Positions 12,730 to 24,620 of a stretch of 64,000 nt of DNA are shown piece by piece; within the stretch, counting starts at the first letter, position 1; each line of letters opens with the position of its first letter. The notes under the pieces were generated by a model that saw only the letters and a list, made by a program, of their open reading frames with translations, was not told the DNA's origin and did not search any database. The DNA comes from Camelus dromedarius (lineage: Eukaryota), in contig NC_087438.1 in assembly GCF_036321535.1 (NCBI RefSeq), forward strand, positions 2,854,001 to 2,918,000. The letters run 5' to 3'. The position numbers were made by a program, and so were the translations under genes.

Positions 12730-12925
12730 AATAATAATACTCAGTTCCCATGACGTTGGGGCCACACCGAATCGCTTGAGCACTTTTAGGGGCCAGAGGA
12801 AGCATATCAGGGAGGTGAGTGAGATCCCCAAGTTCTCATAGCTGGTTGGTGATGGAACAGAACTTTCCCTATTGGCGATGAACAGAACTAACACTACAGA
12901 TTCCTGAATCCCAAGACACACTTTA
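12730..12925 (-). mobile_element. MIR fragment
   Basis: GAGGAAGCATATCAGGGAGGTGAGTGAGATCCCCAAGTTCTCATAGCTGGTTGGTGATGGAAC resembles a degenerate reverse MIR core. Confidence 0.45.
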
Positions 12926-13059
12926 CGGGGAGTCCGCGCACGGGCTGAGCCGCCTCGTGGCACAGGACTGGCCCCAGGCCAGCTGCCTTCCCAAGTCTAG
13001 TGATGGTTAGTTTTTCTGCTAGAGTAAAACACTATTTTTTCCTTTAGTCAAAGAGAATC

Positions 13060-13830
13060 CATCCATAATCATTCATGCAGTAAATATTGAGCACCTACCC
13101 TGTGGTGGATTTTGCTTTGGGAACTAAAGATGTGGCGCTCACTCAACCAACCAAGGCCCTGTTCTAGGGGGGCTCCATCCGGGAGGAGACAGGACAACAA
13201 CCGGGCAAGCAGACAGATAAGAAGGAAACTGAGGAACTGGGAAAGTCAAAGCCATGCCGGGCAGTGACGTGATTCCACGGAAGACGGCTGGTCTGTCCAG
13301 GTGGCCAGGAAAGACTCTTCAGTAAGGTGACGTTTAGGCAGAGCGCTAGCAGAAGGGAAGCTGGAGGGCAGAGGCCCAGCACGGGAGGAAGAGAGAAGAC
13401 GGCAGGAAGCAGGGAAAGAGAGGAGGCGCGGACGGCAGGGAGCGAGCGGGCGGCTGGACGACCTAGGACCTTTGGGGCTTTGGTGAGGGCTGCCGTCTTT
13501 GTTTCCAAGTAGGTGGAAAACCACTGGAGAATTCTGAGCCACAAGCAGCTGATCTAAATTGTGATGTGTGTATCCGGCTTCTGTAAGAGGAGGTGAAAGA
13601 TGGTCAAGAGAGGAAGCTGCAAGATGTGTCGAGACTTGGAAACCAGCATCGTGGAAGTCCAGGTGATAAACGCTGGCAGCCGGGACTGGAGTTGTGGTCC
13701 TCAAATTGGTGTGATGGGGGACCCTGAAAGTATCTAGAAGGCAGAGCCAAGAGGACCCACCAAGGAATCTAGTGTGGGTGAGAGAGAAAACTGTAATTAT
13801 GAATGCCTGGAAGCTTGTTTCTTTTCCCTC
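13060..13830 (-). mobile_element. L2 (LINE-2) 3' fragment
   Basis: Begins CATTCATGCAGTAAATATTGAGCACCTAC (reverse L2 3' end). Also GGCCAGGAAAGACTCTTCAGTAAGGTGACGTTTAGGCAGAG and AACCACTGGAGAATTCTGAGC. Confidence 0.8.
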
Positions 13831-14954
13831 AATAGTCAGGGTGAGTTGTGAGGGGTGCTGACAGGATGGCAGGTGTCTCATACCTATGGCAGGTGAGCTT
13901 CAGAATTTTACAAATTGTTCAACAGCGTTTCCAGTGGTTTGCATTTGTAATGAAGGAACACGTTCATTCAGCTCTTTTCTTCTTTTTCAAAACAGTCTTA
14001 CCCTCTCCTCAGCAGCATGGTAAGAATCAGCACGTTGCTCGGAACGCTCAGTAGCAGAACGTTGTGAGCGGTCAGGGAGCCCCTGACCGCTCCTGCTGGG
14101 GACGTGTGAGGAGCCGAGGCCGGGAGCTGGCAAGGCCGCAGGTTTGGTGACTCCAGAGGGAAGCAGGCAGGCTACACACCTCGCGGGCTGTGGAGTCCAG
14201 GTGGTTCCAGTGAAAAATAGTGTCACATTTATTATTAATGATGAACAGGAGGGTTTGGATTCAGCAGAGGGAGAAAATATGTAAATTAGGATAAACAGGA
14301 TCGTGATTTGTGATCTTACAACAGTTGCTGCTGGTTTTTTGTCTTTGAATTTATCTTTTCCTGTCCTTGTTCAATGCTTAGTTTCTGTGAATAGAAGAAA
14401 AGGTTCAGGAGCTTATGCAAATAGGGAAAGACAGGGCAGAGATCGGCTTCTCCAAGTTCATCACAACCCACTAAGTCAGGAGAGCACCCTGCGAGGTCCT
14501 CTGGGCAGCCCTGCACTGGCACCCGGCTCCCTGCACACACTTGGAGTTGTCTTCGCCTTCTTCTCCTTAAACCCTGGAATCCCTGGGTGTTCATGGTTTG
14601 TTCAGGAGACTAAACAAGAATGGGAATATATGTGGGAAATATTTTGACTTTTCTTTAGAGCTAAAACATCAGAGTGGTGTGTCCGAGAAGACAGTGGAAC
14701 GGATTGTGGAACTGCGTTGAAATATACAGACTGGTCCTCTCCCAGGAGATCAAGGAGAACAGAGAACCGAGAAGGGGTGTGACTAAAATGACACGGGCAC
14801 GTTTGACCCGGAAGCAGCAGCGGAAAAATGAAGTGGTCAAGAGAGTCTTTCTGAAAAACTGGATTGGGCAGGATTAGCTGGTAGAACCCACAGTAGATGT
14901 GATCTTGAAATTCCCTTTTGCGTACCTTCTCTGCTGCTCTTGGGGATCAAAGGT

Positions 14955-15410
14955 ACAGTAAGGCTGGGACCTAGAGCTCAGTGCCGATTATTACTGATGT
15001 TAAATGTGGATGAGTAACAAGAGGGTTAAATGTGCTGACGACACAAGACAATTGGGTTAGTGAAGACCAGCGAGGACGGCAGAGCATCCCAGATGCACTG
15101 AACAGAGCTCAGTAACTGGGCAACACGATGGCAGATGAAAACCACCCTAGACAAGAGAAGCTTACCGCGAAGAATAAATTAAATGCCTCCTCTATGCTGA
15201 AGGGCTCTGAGTTAGTTGTAGCCTCTTGAGAATAAGATCTAAAAATCATCACAGCTCAGTGGAAACATCTGCTCTGTGAGGAGCACCAGTCAGAAAGAAT
15301 GATCACGACGTCAGGCTGTATGAGGACGGAAATTAAAAAGGCATGCACGATTTACAGTCATGAGAGCGAAGGCCTCCTTCCCCAAGCTTTTGTAAAAACC
15401 AAGGAAAGAA
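14955..15410 (+). mobile_element. L3/CR1 LINE reverse-transcriptase fragment (ancient, frameshifted)
   Basis: AAATGTGCTGACGACACAAGA translates as KCADDTR, resembling the CR1 RT motif KFADDTKL. Downstream DNA tracks the usual CR1 order (W..KWQM, EKDLG, GCIR.GI) with indels and stops. Confidence 0.7.
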
Positions 15411-16182
15411 TTAAAAGGGGGAGAAAAACTCGATGTGACGGGGGTCCATTGGCTGTGCATCTATTCAGACGGCCAAGTAGAGAGAAGAGGAGTAAACAAA
15501 AGAGTGTCCTGTTTCACCTCCGATACATGGGCAGTAGAAAGCATCGTCTGCAGGAGGGCTGCGCTAGCCTGAGTCACCCGCATTTGGGAAATGCCTGCAG
15601 AAGACCGAATAGGTCATGAAATCCCAAGGAAAAGAGATTTCGGACAAAAGGCGGTGAGGACTGGGAGGATTTGGTCTCTGCAGATGGCGAGCAGCTTAAG
15701 TTGGAACCAAGTGTCCGGAAGGAGTTTCAGGCGTTTTCTGACAACACAGCTGGTCTGAGCCTCATGCAAACAGCCACAGACAACTTCATCTCATCTTCAC
15801 GTTCCCCTGCAAGCCAAACTGCCCCAGCGGTGTCTTTACACTTTCTCTTCTTGGTACAATCCACTCCTTGGCCTCTCCCGGCTCCAGGTTTAGATTTAAC
15901 TAACAAGAAACATTGACAAGTTAGTTTCCTGGCATCATTGATTTCTGTATTTATCAAGAAGGCGTCTAGGATTTTATATCTGCAAAGCCAGCTCTTCTGA
16001 TTCTTCCTTTACGGCAGCACTTCAGTTTTTATTCAGGAGTATAAACTCTCCAGGGAGAATTTGTCTGCTTTATGAGGGACTAACGAAGGACTTACTATCA
16101 CCAAAGAATTTCAGTCCAGAAGTTACTATCAATAAACCATCTCCTTTGGAACAAATTTGAATGTGCTTTAAAAGGTGCCTTG

Positions 16183-16345
16183 TAGGCGGAGCACAGAGCT
16201 CAAGTTGTAGGGAGGCTCAAGCCCTAGTACCGCCTCTAAAAATAAAGAAATAAACCTTATCACCTCCCCCCGTAAAAAAAAAGAACACATAAATAAATTA
16301 TTCTTCAAAAAAATTAAACAAAAACAAACAAACAAACAAACAAAA
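16183..16345 (+). mobile_element. tRNA-derived SINE (vic-1-like), internally deleted, (CAAA)n tail
   Basis: AGAGCTCAAGTTGTAG (A box) is joined almost directly to GGCTCAAGCCCTAGTACCGCCTC (B box remnant). Same AAATAAACCTTATCACCTCCCC body as the other copies. TSD-like AAAAGGTGCCTTG and AAAAGGTGATTTG. Confidence 0.75.
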
Positions 16346-16799
16346 AATAAAAGGTGATTTGGTTACTGCTCTTTCCTGAAATGAAACTTCGCTGAATGCC
16401 GTGCTGTGTCTCCATTTAGGACAAGCAGACTCAGCAAAAGCAGTGCTTACAAAAGGATGCTCCCCCCGCCCCCAGGCAGCCTGGGCAGGACCTTCCTGGG
16501 TGACCTGCCGCTGAGCTAAGTTCAGGAACTGCTGGTCCAGATGGTCCACCTTCCAGCCTTGAATTCTGGTTAAAACTGTCCCCAGACTCCTTTCTTCGGG
16601 CTCCTGTCTGATGATGAGGACCAGCAGCTGACAGTGTGTCACTTCCTACTGCGGTAGATGGCCCTGTGGCCCCCACTTGTGCAGGTTTCGAGCCCAGCCC
16701 TGGAGAGCCTCTGCGGGTTTCATTTGCTGCGTTGTCGTGGAACGGAGGGCCCAAGTCTGCCCAAGAATTCCATGAGGAGGATGAGCGACACACGGAGCA

Positions 16800-17070
16800 G
16801 AGCCACCCCTGCCAGGCCTGGCTGAGATGAGCAGCTCCGCTCTGGGTACACACTCATAAGTGAACCTGGCCGAGACCCGCCTCCACTGGCCAGTGTCCAG
16901 ACGGATCACCTGTGTCTGAGCCCAGGTGAGGCCAGAAGAACTGCCCCCAAGACCAACATGGTCCCTGACCCTCTGTGCTCATGGGCTTGTAAGAAATTAC
17001 TAATAGCTATTTTTTGTATATATCATTGAACTTGGAGGAGGTTTGTTACACAGCAAGAGCTAACTAGTAT
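16800..17070 (+). mobile_element. Old MLT1 (F-J-like) LTR 3' part
   Basis: Ends TTGGAGGAGGTTTGTTACACAGCAAGAGCTAACTAGTATA, a typical MLT1 3' terminus. Confidence 0.6.
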
Positions 17071-17084
17071 ATTTCTGTATCTAT

Positions 17085-17200
17085 TGCCTCTCTCTCTCTC
17101 TCCTTCTAGAAGGTAAAATTTTGTCTGTTTTATTTATGCTTCCCCACCCCCAAGGACCTAGAGATGTGCCTGGCCCTTAGTAGGGACTCAGAAATTACTC
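17085..17200 (+). mobile_element. L2 3' end
   Basis: CTAGAAGGTAAAATTTTGTCTGTTTT...CCTAGAGATGTGCCTGGCCCTTAGTAGGGACTCAG. Confidence 0.6.
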
Positions 17201-17399
17201 ATCATTGACAGCATCAATCGCCCAGTCAACTAGATTGGGCCATCATGTAACTCTGAACTTGCATTTCATTGCTTCGGCTGCTTGGTGCAGACATCAGAAG
17301 GCATTTTTAGTCAAAGCCAGATATTCTGGGAAAGCTGGTACAGCCCCCACCACTCCCCCAGTCAAGGGGTGGTAGAGCTTCCCCCTGTGGCTAATCTCT

Positions 17400-17522
17400 G
17401 TTTGGCTTCCCCTGTCTGGCCTCTCAGTTCCTCCATCATCTGGTAACAAAAACCCTGCTTTAATCTCCCTCTGTTTGAAATACCTGGAATGGCTTCATTT
17501 TCTTGTGGGACCTTGACTAACA
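17400..17522 (+). mobile_element. Probable ERVL LTR 3' end
   Basis: AATCTCCCTCTGTTTGAAATACCTGGAATGGCTTCATTTTC...CCTTGACTAACA resembles LTR33/LTR41-type termini. Confidence 0.4.
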
Positions 17523-20047
17523 GAAATCAGTTACCCTTCTTCATCTGAACCCATGGAAACTAAGTCTCACAAAATGAAAGGTCTCATGCACGATTTCATG
17601 TCTGGTGAGCGGGAGAGTCGGGGCGTTAACTCTGGTCTGTCTGTCTCTGGGACGCGTGCTGTTTCTGCCGGGGCTGACTAGCTGAGGACTGTAAACCCTC
17701 CTGATGAGCTGGGTTTTGCTGCGTTAGTTTCACATATTCCTTTGCTACGTAACTGCCAAGAAGTGGCCACCCTCTGACTCTAATAACAATTTTCATCCTT
17801 GTTTCTTGGGGACCACCAGTGACAGTTCTTCTAAACTAGTGTTGGATGGGTCAGTGGGCTGCCTTTGACCGGCAAGTGGTAAGCCGCACTCAGGAGGGCT
17901 GTAATTAATACCAAAGACTCATGCTGCACCTGGTTGAGCAGGACAAGACCTAGGAAGACAACGATTTGAAAGAAAAGTCTCTGGGAAGCACTTGGAGCAC
18001 ACAAGACCTAATCAGAGTCATCGTGAACAATGCGTGCTGCCAGCTGCCACTAATATTAATAATAGAAATATTTCCCACTGTGCCGAAGTCTATAATCATG
18101 CTATCAATATTTTGAGAATCATAAATTGAGGTTTTATCTTTAAAAAAAAATCCTCATACCTTGACCCTTACAACCCTTTGGAATATTTATGGTTTTGTCA
18201 GAACAAGAGTGCCAGCGCCGAACACCTCCGCGTTTCACCTCTGGGCTCCTGGACCGTGTCGGAGTGAAAGCAATCAATATTGGTTAATAAGCCAGATCAC
18301 TGTTATTAGCATTCTTTACAACCTTGGTGTGCTTCATTTTATGTACAGATTGCCTATGGAAACTTGGGCTTATATCGTGTCTAGACAATGCCTTACATAG
18401 TCATTCAAATTAATAATGTGGTAGAATTATCTTATGCTTAATGCAGCTGGCTCTATATTGACTCTGGAAATTAAATTTACTCCACAGTGGTATTGACTGC
18501 TGGGTCTCTGGCTTATTTAATGGATCTGAATGAAGACAGGGCTACATCTCGTGCCTTCAAGCAAAATGTTGATAACTCATCATTTTCCTAAATAGTGAGA
18601 AAGTGCTTTCTCTAGGAACGTCTCATCCCTCCATAGACTAAATCAGCGGAGGCAGTGTTTGCAGTCAGTTCAACTCACCTCCACAGGAGAAAGCAAGAAG
18701 GGAGCCATCCCGGGCCGTCTGTAAAACAAGGGGCTGCTGGTTCATGACGTGTGTAGCTCAGGAACCTCAGTGTATTTCAAAGGAGTGGGTTAGTCCCAAG
18801 GAGTAAAGCTGTGTCCTGTGGATGTGATTCGAACATAATGAAAACGCTCATAAATGCGTATGTCCTAAGCCGGGCCTGGGAGGTGGGGCCCCACATTGCA
18901 GCCTGTGTGTCTCAGGCCCGGGGAGTGCTGGCTGTGCTCTCTGCCCTGGGCCGTCTCTCTGATTTGAGAAAGTTACCTCTTGAGGAAAAATAATACAGAC
19001 GACCTTAAGGAGAGACTTTGATGTAGACGCGTTTGATTTAATGAAACGAACCTGCCAACAAGCACCTACTCGTGCATTTTCTCAGCCTCTCCTCCAGTGA
19101 TCGTCACCTTAAGAAACGCACACAGGAAAGAGGTGTGACTTGTCTGATTCCAAGAGGTTTGTGTTGTGAAGTTAATGTTAAGATTGCTATTCCTAGATTA
19201 TGTCTAATAACATAGTCCAGGGTCGTTTTAGGACAAGAGCCCCACAGGAGCTGGTTCGTGTGTGAGGGTCAGAGGTCTGTGTGACCTCCACTCCCCTCAC
19301 TCTCCCTAACCCCAGCCACCTAAACTTCTACTGGGACCTGACAATCTTTGGCTAAAGTCTCTCTTCTGTGAAGTTGCAAATAACCCTAAAAGGAGTGCTG
19401 TCAAGCACTCGCTCTTCAGGGTGGACATTTATCAGATGACTTCCAACGGGCTGTGGAGTTGCAGCTGGCCCCTGTGGGAGCCAGCATGGAAGAGCTGAGT
19501 TTGGAACAGTCACTGGGCTGTGAGGAATCAGTGCTGCCCAGGGAGGGCGGAGTGGGTGCAGCCTGGCTGTGACCATGGTGGCAGGAGGCTGGAGCGTTGA
19601 GCTTCTTCTCTGTCCAGCTTCACGTGGATGGTCCAGTGACCGTGTCAGCTCCAGGAGACAGTGCACTTTGCAGGCAGGTAAGTGAGGGGACCTATTTCCC
19701 GAGAAAAGTGAGCAGGGAGACAAGGAGAAAGCCTGAAATGGGATTGAGAATAACAGGGTTCCGTCCGCATGCTCCAGTCAGGGCACAGAAGGAGTCCACA
19801 CTCATGTTTGGACCGTGCGTCCTCAGTCAGCCCCACCCCTCCCTCCATCAGGGTGCCGGATGTCCTCACGGAGGAGAGACTGCACAGCATGGGGTAAATT
19901 GGCTAGGGGAGCCATGGGCCTGTACACTGTGAGATCACAACATCCTGGAAATTGAGAAGTTTGTTTTCTGTGACCTCATTTGATTCTTTGGACATGTTAG
20001 GCAAGTGGCAGGTAAAGATGACCTGGTTCTCCTTCAAAAGTGGTGTC

Positions 20048-20452
20048 CATGTGCATGAGTTTCCATCACAAGGCACCACAGGAGGGAGGCTTAAAACAAC
20101 AGAGATGAGTTCTCTCTCTGTCCTGGAGGCTAGAGTCTGAGAACCAGGTTTCCACAAGGCTGCACTCCCTTTGAGGGCCCTTCATTGCCTTTTCCAGCTT
20201 CTGATGACTGAGGGAATCCTTGGCGACCCCAGGCTTGCCGCTGTATAACTGTAGTCTCACCTTGCTTCTGAGTGTCTGGGCCTAAAGTCCCCTCTTCTTA
20301 TAGGACCCCTGTCATTGGACTAGGGTCCCTCTAATCCAGTAGGACCTCATCTTAACTTGATGACAGCTGCAAAGTTTCCAAATAAGGCCACGTCCACAGG
20401 TTCCAGGGAGAAGATTTCAATGTATTTTTCTGCAGGAAACAATTCAACCTGC
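20048..20452 (-). mobile_element. MaLR solo LTR (MLT1B/C-like)
   Basis: GGCTTAAAACAACAGAGATG, TCCTGGAGGCTAGAGTCTGAG and GACCTCATCTTAACTTGATGACAGCTGCAAAGTTTCCAAATAAGGCCAC; reverse homologue of 10187-10630. Confidence 0.85.
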
Positions 20453-20519
20453 CCCATGGTACTTTCTGATGCCCGGAGACTGCAGACAAGACCTTTCGGC
20501 TTTTCTAAAATAAGCAATT

Positions 20520-20655
20520 GAGGTTATACTTTGTCCTCTCAGGACTGCTTTAGCTGCATCTCACAAATTTCCATAGGTTGTATTTTTATAATCATTCTCT
20601 TGAGATTCACTGTTGACCCATGGGCCATTTGGAGGTATGTTGCTCAATTTCAAAG
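20520..20655 (-). mobile_element. Old L1 ORF2 fragment
   Basis: CCTCTCAGGACTGCTTTAGCTGCATCTCACAAATTT resembles the reverse of the conserved L1 ORF2 segment encoding NLWDAAKAVLRG. Confidence 0.65.
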
Positions 20656-23600
20656 TGCAGGTTCCTGGGAAGGAGGCCATAGAAGTAACATTTTACGTAT
20701 CAGGCAAGTCAGTAGCCGCATCCAGGTCTCCCTAGAGACTGACAGCACCTGTGCGAACCAGCACCGCCAGCCGACAGTGAGTCTTCCTCATCAAAGAGAA
20801 GGCAGGGGGGTTAGAAGCGAGGACACCTTCCTGCTGAGCCGGGCGGAAAACGGAAGGATCTGAGCTTCCAAGTTGCCGTCTGGCCATAAATGTTCAGAAA
20901 CAACTTCCTAAGGTGGCTTCTTTGTATAATATTTTCATAACCTGTGGTCACGTTATTCTGGTCAGTCACCATGCCTACAAAACAGACTCTTTGAAGCAAA
21001 ATAATTAGAGTGCCCACCCCTCACCCTCTCAGTCTCCTATGCCTGACAGGTGTTCTGTGCTCTTTTGCCAATGTGAACCCTTCATGCAGTCAGGAAAGCC
21101 TCTCTATGGTTCCTGAGGCAGGTGAGTCAGGTAACTCCAGCAAGTTAAGAAATGCAATAGTAACAGAACTCCACTGACAAAATCCAGTCAGTCTCCCGAA
21201 CATTAAGATAAGAAAACACTCAGGACAAGAATGTTTTATTTTGACACAAGTGGGGAAGCTTGCAGGGCCAAATCAAGCAACGATCCGAGCATTGCCAATT
21301 TTTTTTTATTCCTACCAATGAAACAAATGGAGCACTTTTGTAATATAAAATCTCCCATTGTTCCACCACAGTCTTCCTTCTGATGAGCTTTAACCAACCA
21401 TCCAAAGTAGATCATTTCCTCTCACATAGTTTTTTTTTTTTATGTTGTTTTTATCAACGGACCTTCCAGAAATAAAGTCCCTTACATGTCGTAACCGTGC
21501 TCTTAATAGAGAATTAAGAATACCACGGGGAACTTTGTCTTAGAAGAATTCTTGCTCCTTCTCTCAGCATGCATTTAACACTGATATACTTGGAGCTTGG
21601 CACCCTGTGCTGTGCAAGAATTTCAGAGGCCCGTGACCCTGTCCTCAGGGGACCTACACAGATGGAGGACATCAGAGGAAGAGGCGCTGCAGGGCAGGCG
21701 AGGTGGAGTCTTAGATGCTGCCTGAGAGATATGCCTGTGCTCTGAAGGCTCAGAAGAGGAGGAAGGTGCTTCTAACACCAGCACTAAGGAAACCATTGGG
21801 AAGAGATGCTGCTAGAAGCAGACTTTGGCAGCGTTCTCAGTCTGTGAACAGAGCAGTGCGTGGACACTGGGGCCAAGAGAGCATCACTCAGTTAATCAGG
21901 AGCTCCACCTTCAAAAACCACAGCAGCTTTCCTGCATAACTCTGGGGGCGGGGGGCGCTGGGGCAGATCTTATGGCTTTGAGAACGTCCCGGGGACCGTG
22001 TTGGGATGGTCAGCGGGTGGAAGGATGGAAGGGCTGGACCTTTTGTCAAGACATCACTGCTGTTTTTTATTACCTCTCTTTTTTGTTTTTGAGTTTTGAT
22101 GTTGTTTTCATTTCATGCTTATTTTTTTGGTCTGTTTTTCAAGAAGAAAAGAAAGAAAAGAGTAGACATAAAAGAGAGAAGCAGACATTTGATGATTCTT
22201 TAGAACATGAGATACTCATGGTGGGCAGATGGAAACATCACACCTACAAGGAGACTGTGAACTTCAGCCCTGTCGCCTGAAAGGACTCACCGCTCCGGAG
22301 TTTTGTTTTGTTTTGTTTTTTAAGTCACAGACTATCTTTCTATAATTAGATTAGGAGAGAAAAATGAAGAGCCCACTGTAGCAGGAATAAGCGGGTCTTC
22401 TGGGGTCTGGCATCTGAGGAGATGACATCAGTCACTGTGTTTCTCCACCGTTTTTCCACGGAGAGCAGACAGCAGAGACTTGGAACACGTGTGCCTGATG
22501 CCAGGTTGCTGTTCTGGCCCATAAGCCCAGGGCCTACAGGGCTGGTGTTGCCCCAGAAGTGGGCTGTGCCCCCAGACAAATGCGGAGCTGCTCTGTTCCC
22601 ACAAACCTTTCTCCCAGTCTTCACCACAAGGAGGGCACCTCCATGTGCTCTCAGCCAGGGTCTCTTGTCCAGGGTTCCTGGCTGGTTGACGACCTCCTGC
22701 TCAAAAGCACTTTTGTCATCGCGGCTTGAGATACGATGACCGATTGCAGCCCAAGGAACTGGGGGGCGAACGTTGAAGGGACAGGTGTCCAGTTTGTGGC
22801 GTCAGGATGATTCTTCTTGCACGTGATAAGACACTAAGGAAAACTCCAGGCCCTGGTCTGGCGGGTTTTATCGCAGGGGCGCTGTGGTCGCTCTTCAGGG
22901 CCCAGGGAGTTGATGTAAGTTTCTTCCATGTTGCAATTTTTTTTTTTTTTTGCCAACCCTTGTGAGATTCTGTAGCAAAACTAAACCTTCTCCAGCACCA
23001 CACACGGAACGTTTAGGCGGGGGTGCACGAGAGCGGATACACGTCTCGGCGCACGCACGGCTGTAAAGCGGGAACAAGTCCGGCCGGGAGGCTGCAGTCC
23101 CAGGCTCAAGTCCACACGCCCAGGGGAGCTGGTGTGCGGCAGCAGGACTGAAGGGTTGCTCTACTCATACTTAATATAAAACGAAGGGGTCGCAATTCAT
23201 TGTTGCAGGATTTCTTCCTAAAAAATAGGAATTTTGTACCTTTTGTTTTTCTGTACGATGGTCTCTCCTTCACAGCATTTCTTAATGGGTCACAGCATAA
23301 ATCTAAATCTACTTTCTCATGCTGTGTGACGGGAGGTTACCTGGTCCCAGTGGCAGGAGTTACAGTCCTGGAATCCTCGCTGTTCAAGAGTCCCAGGTTA
23401 TCAGTTCGCCTAGAACGCACTTCCGCAGAGTAAATGCTCACTAAATGACCCTCAGCTAACTTTACTTCTGTATAAAAGGGTACTTGGTCTGTGGTTGATC
23501 TATTCACAAGCAGACTTAAAAAAAAAACTTACACATGAGCAACTCTCTTTTTTTCCTGTGGTGAAAAATTCTAGTGTAAGTCATCCAAAGTGTAGAAATA

Positions 23601-24389
23601 CCAAAAGCGTCAGAAGCTACTGAATGAGATCAATCAATGAATGATGTGTTTATTCTCTGTCTTGCTTCTTAATAATCTACGTATATTTTAAAATCAATTT
23701 TACTAACATTATTTCACACTTGTCAGACGGAGGTTTTTGTTTGTTTTGGTTTTAGTGGTTTTTTTTTTTTTTTGTCTTTCTGTAATGGGGCTGAAAATTC
23801 TTCAGGTGAGCTTTTGCTGAACAAACAGTATAACATCCTTACTAGTGACAAACACTTCTGTGTGCAAACCTGTATACTTTAGTTAGCAAGCATTGTCCGA
23901 CTTTTGTATGACGGTAGAATCACGACACTTAGATGTGCTAACTTAACGTTGAAATGACTTCTATTTAAAATAAAGCAACTTGAGGGAAGGAGCTTAGCGA
24001 GGCACCCCGTCCCACACAGGTTTATTCCTGTGGCCGCATTTTGTTTTCCACATCGGCCCGGATTGCACGTTAGTCCTGCAGAGGTGTGAGGGAGAAACAG
24101 AAGACACAGCAGCATCGCTGTTCATCTTACTGGGAAATAGCTCGGATTTGCCTTGTGTGAATGGCAAGTATCTAATCCAGACAGAGTCTTAGTTAGGATA
24201 GCATCTTACAGGCTAAAATAGAAATAGTTTCCTCATGTGGAAGTCACGCTTCAGTGTTTCAAAACGTTCCTTATCCGGTCCGTCACCCTCCTGAAGAAAT
24301 GGCATACGCTATCTTCGGACGCTCCGTCCGCTACGTTGACGTGCGTGTGCAGTGAAATGGATTCTGGGCCGGGCCACGTGGAACATTAA

Positions 24390-24620
24390 AGGGAGCATGG
24401 CCAGGATGTCAGAAAACCTGAGTTCTAACCGTGCGTCTGACTTCCCCACGGCCCTTACCTCAGGCAGGGCCCGGGACCTCTGAGAATCCGCACTCCCAGC
24501 TGCAAAGCAGTGACAGCAGTTGTGAGGTTTGCTGTAAGAACGAGACGCCACCCGGTGTTGAAGCCTGTTCAGCCATCGCTCAAGCTCCAGATACACGGAA
24601 GGCATGGTGTCATTCATTGG
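24390..24620 (+). mobile_element. MIR (MIRc/MIR3-like), CpG-enriched
   Basis: GTCAGAAAACCTGAGTTCTAACC, CCTCAGGCAGG, CCTCTGAG and GGTTTGCTGTAAGAAC follow the MIR layout. Confidence 0.55.

Noticed and set aside
13246..13881. Longest ORF (211 aa, minus strand)
   Set aside because: It lies within a decayed L2, has low-complexity composition and shows no recognisable domain.
20378..20387. CArG box CCAAATAAGG
   Set aside because: It is part of the MLT1 LTR sequence, with no independent support.
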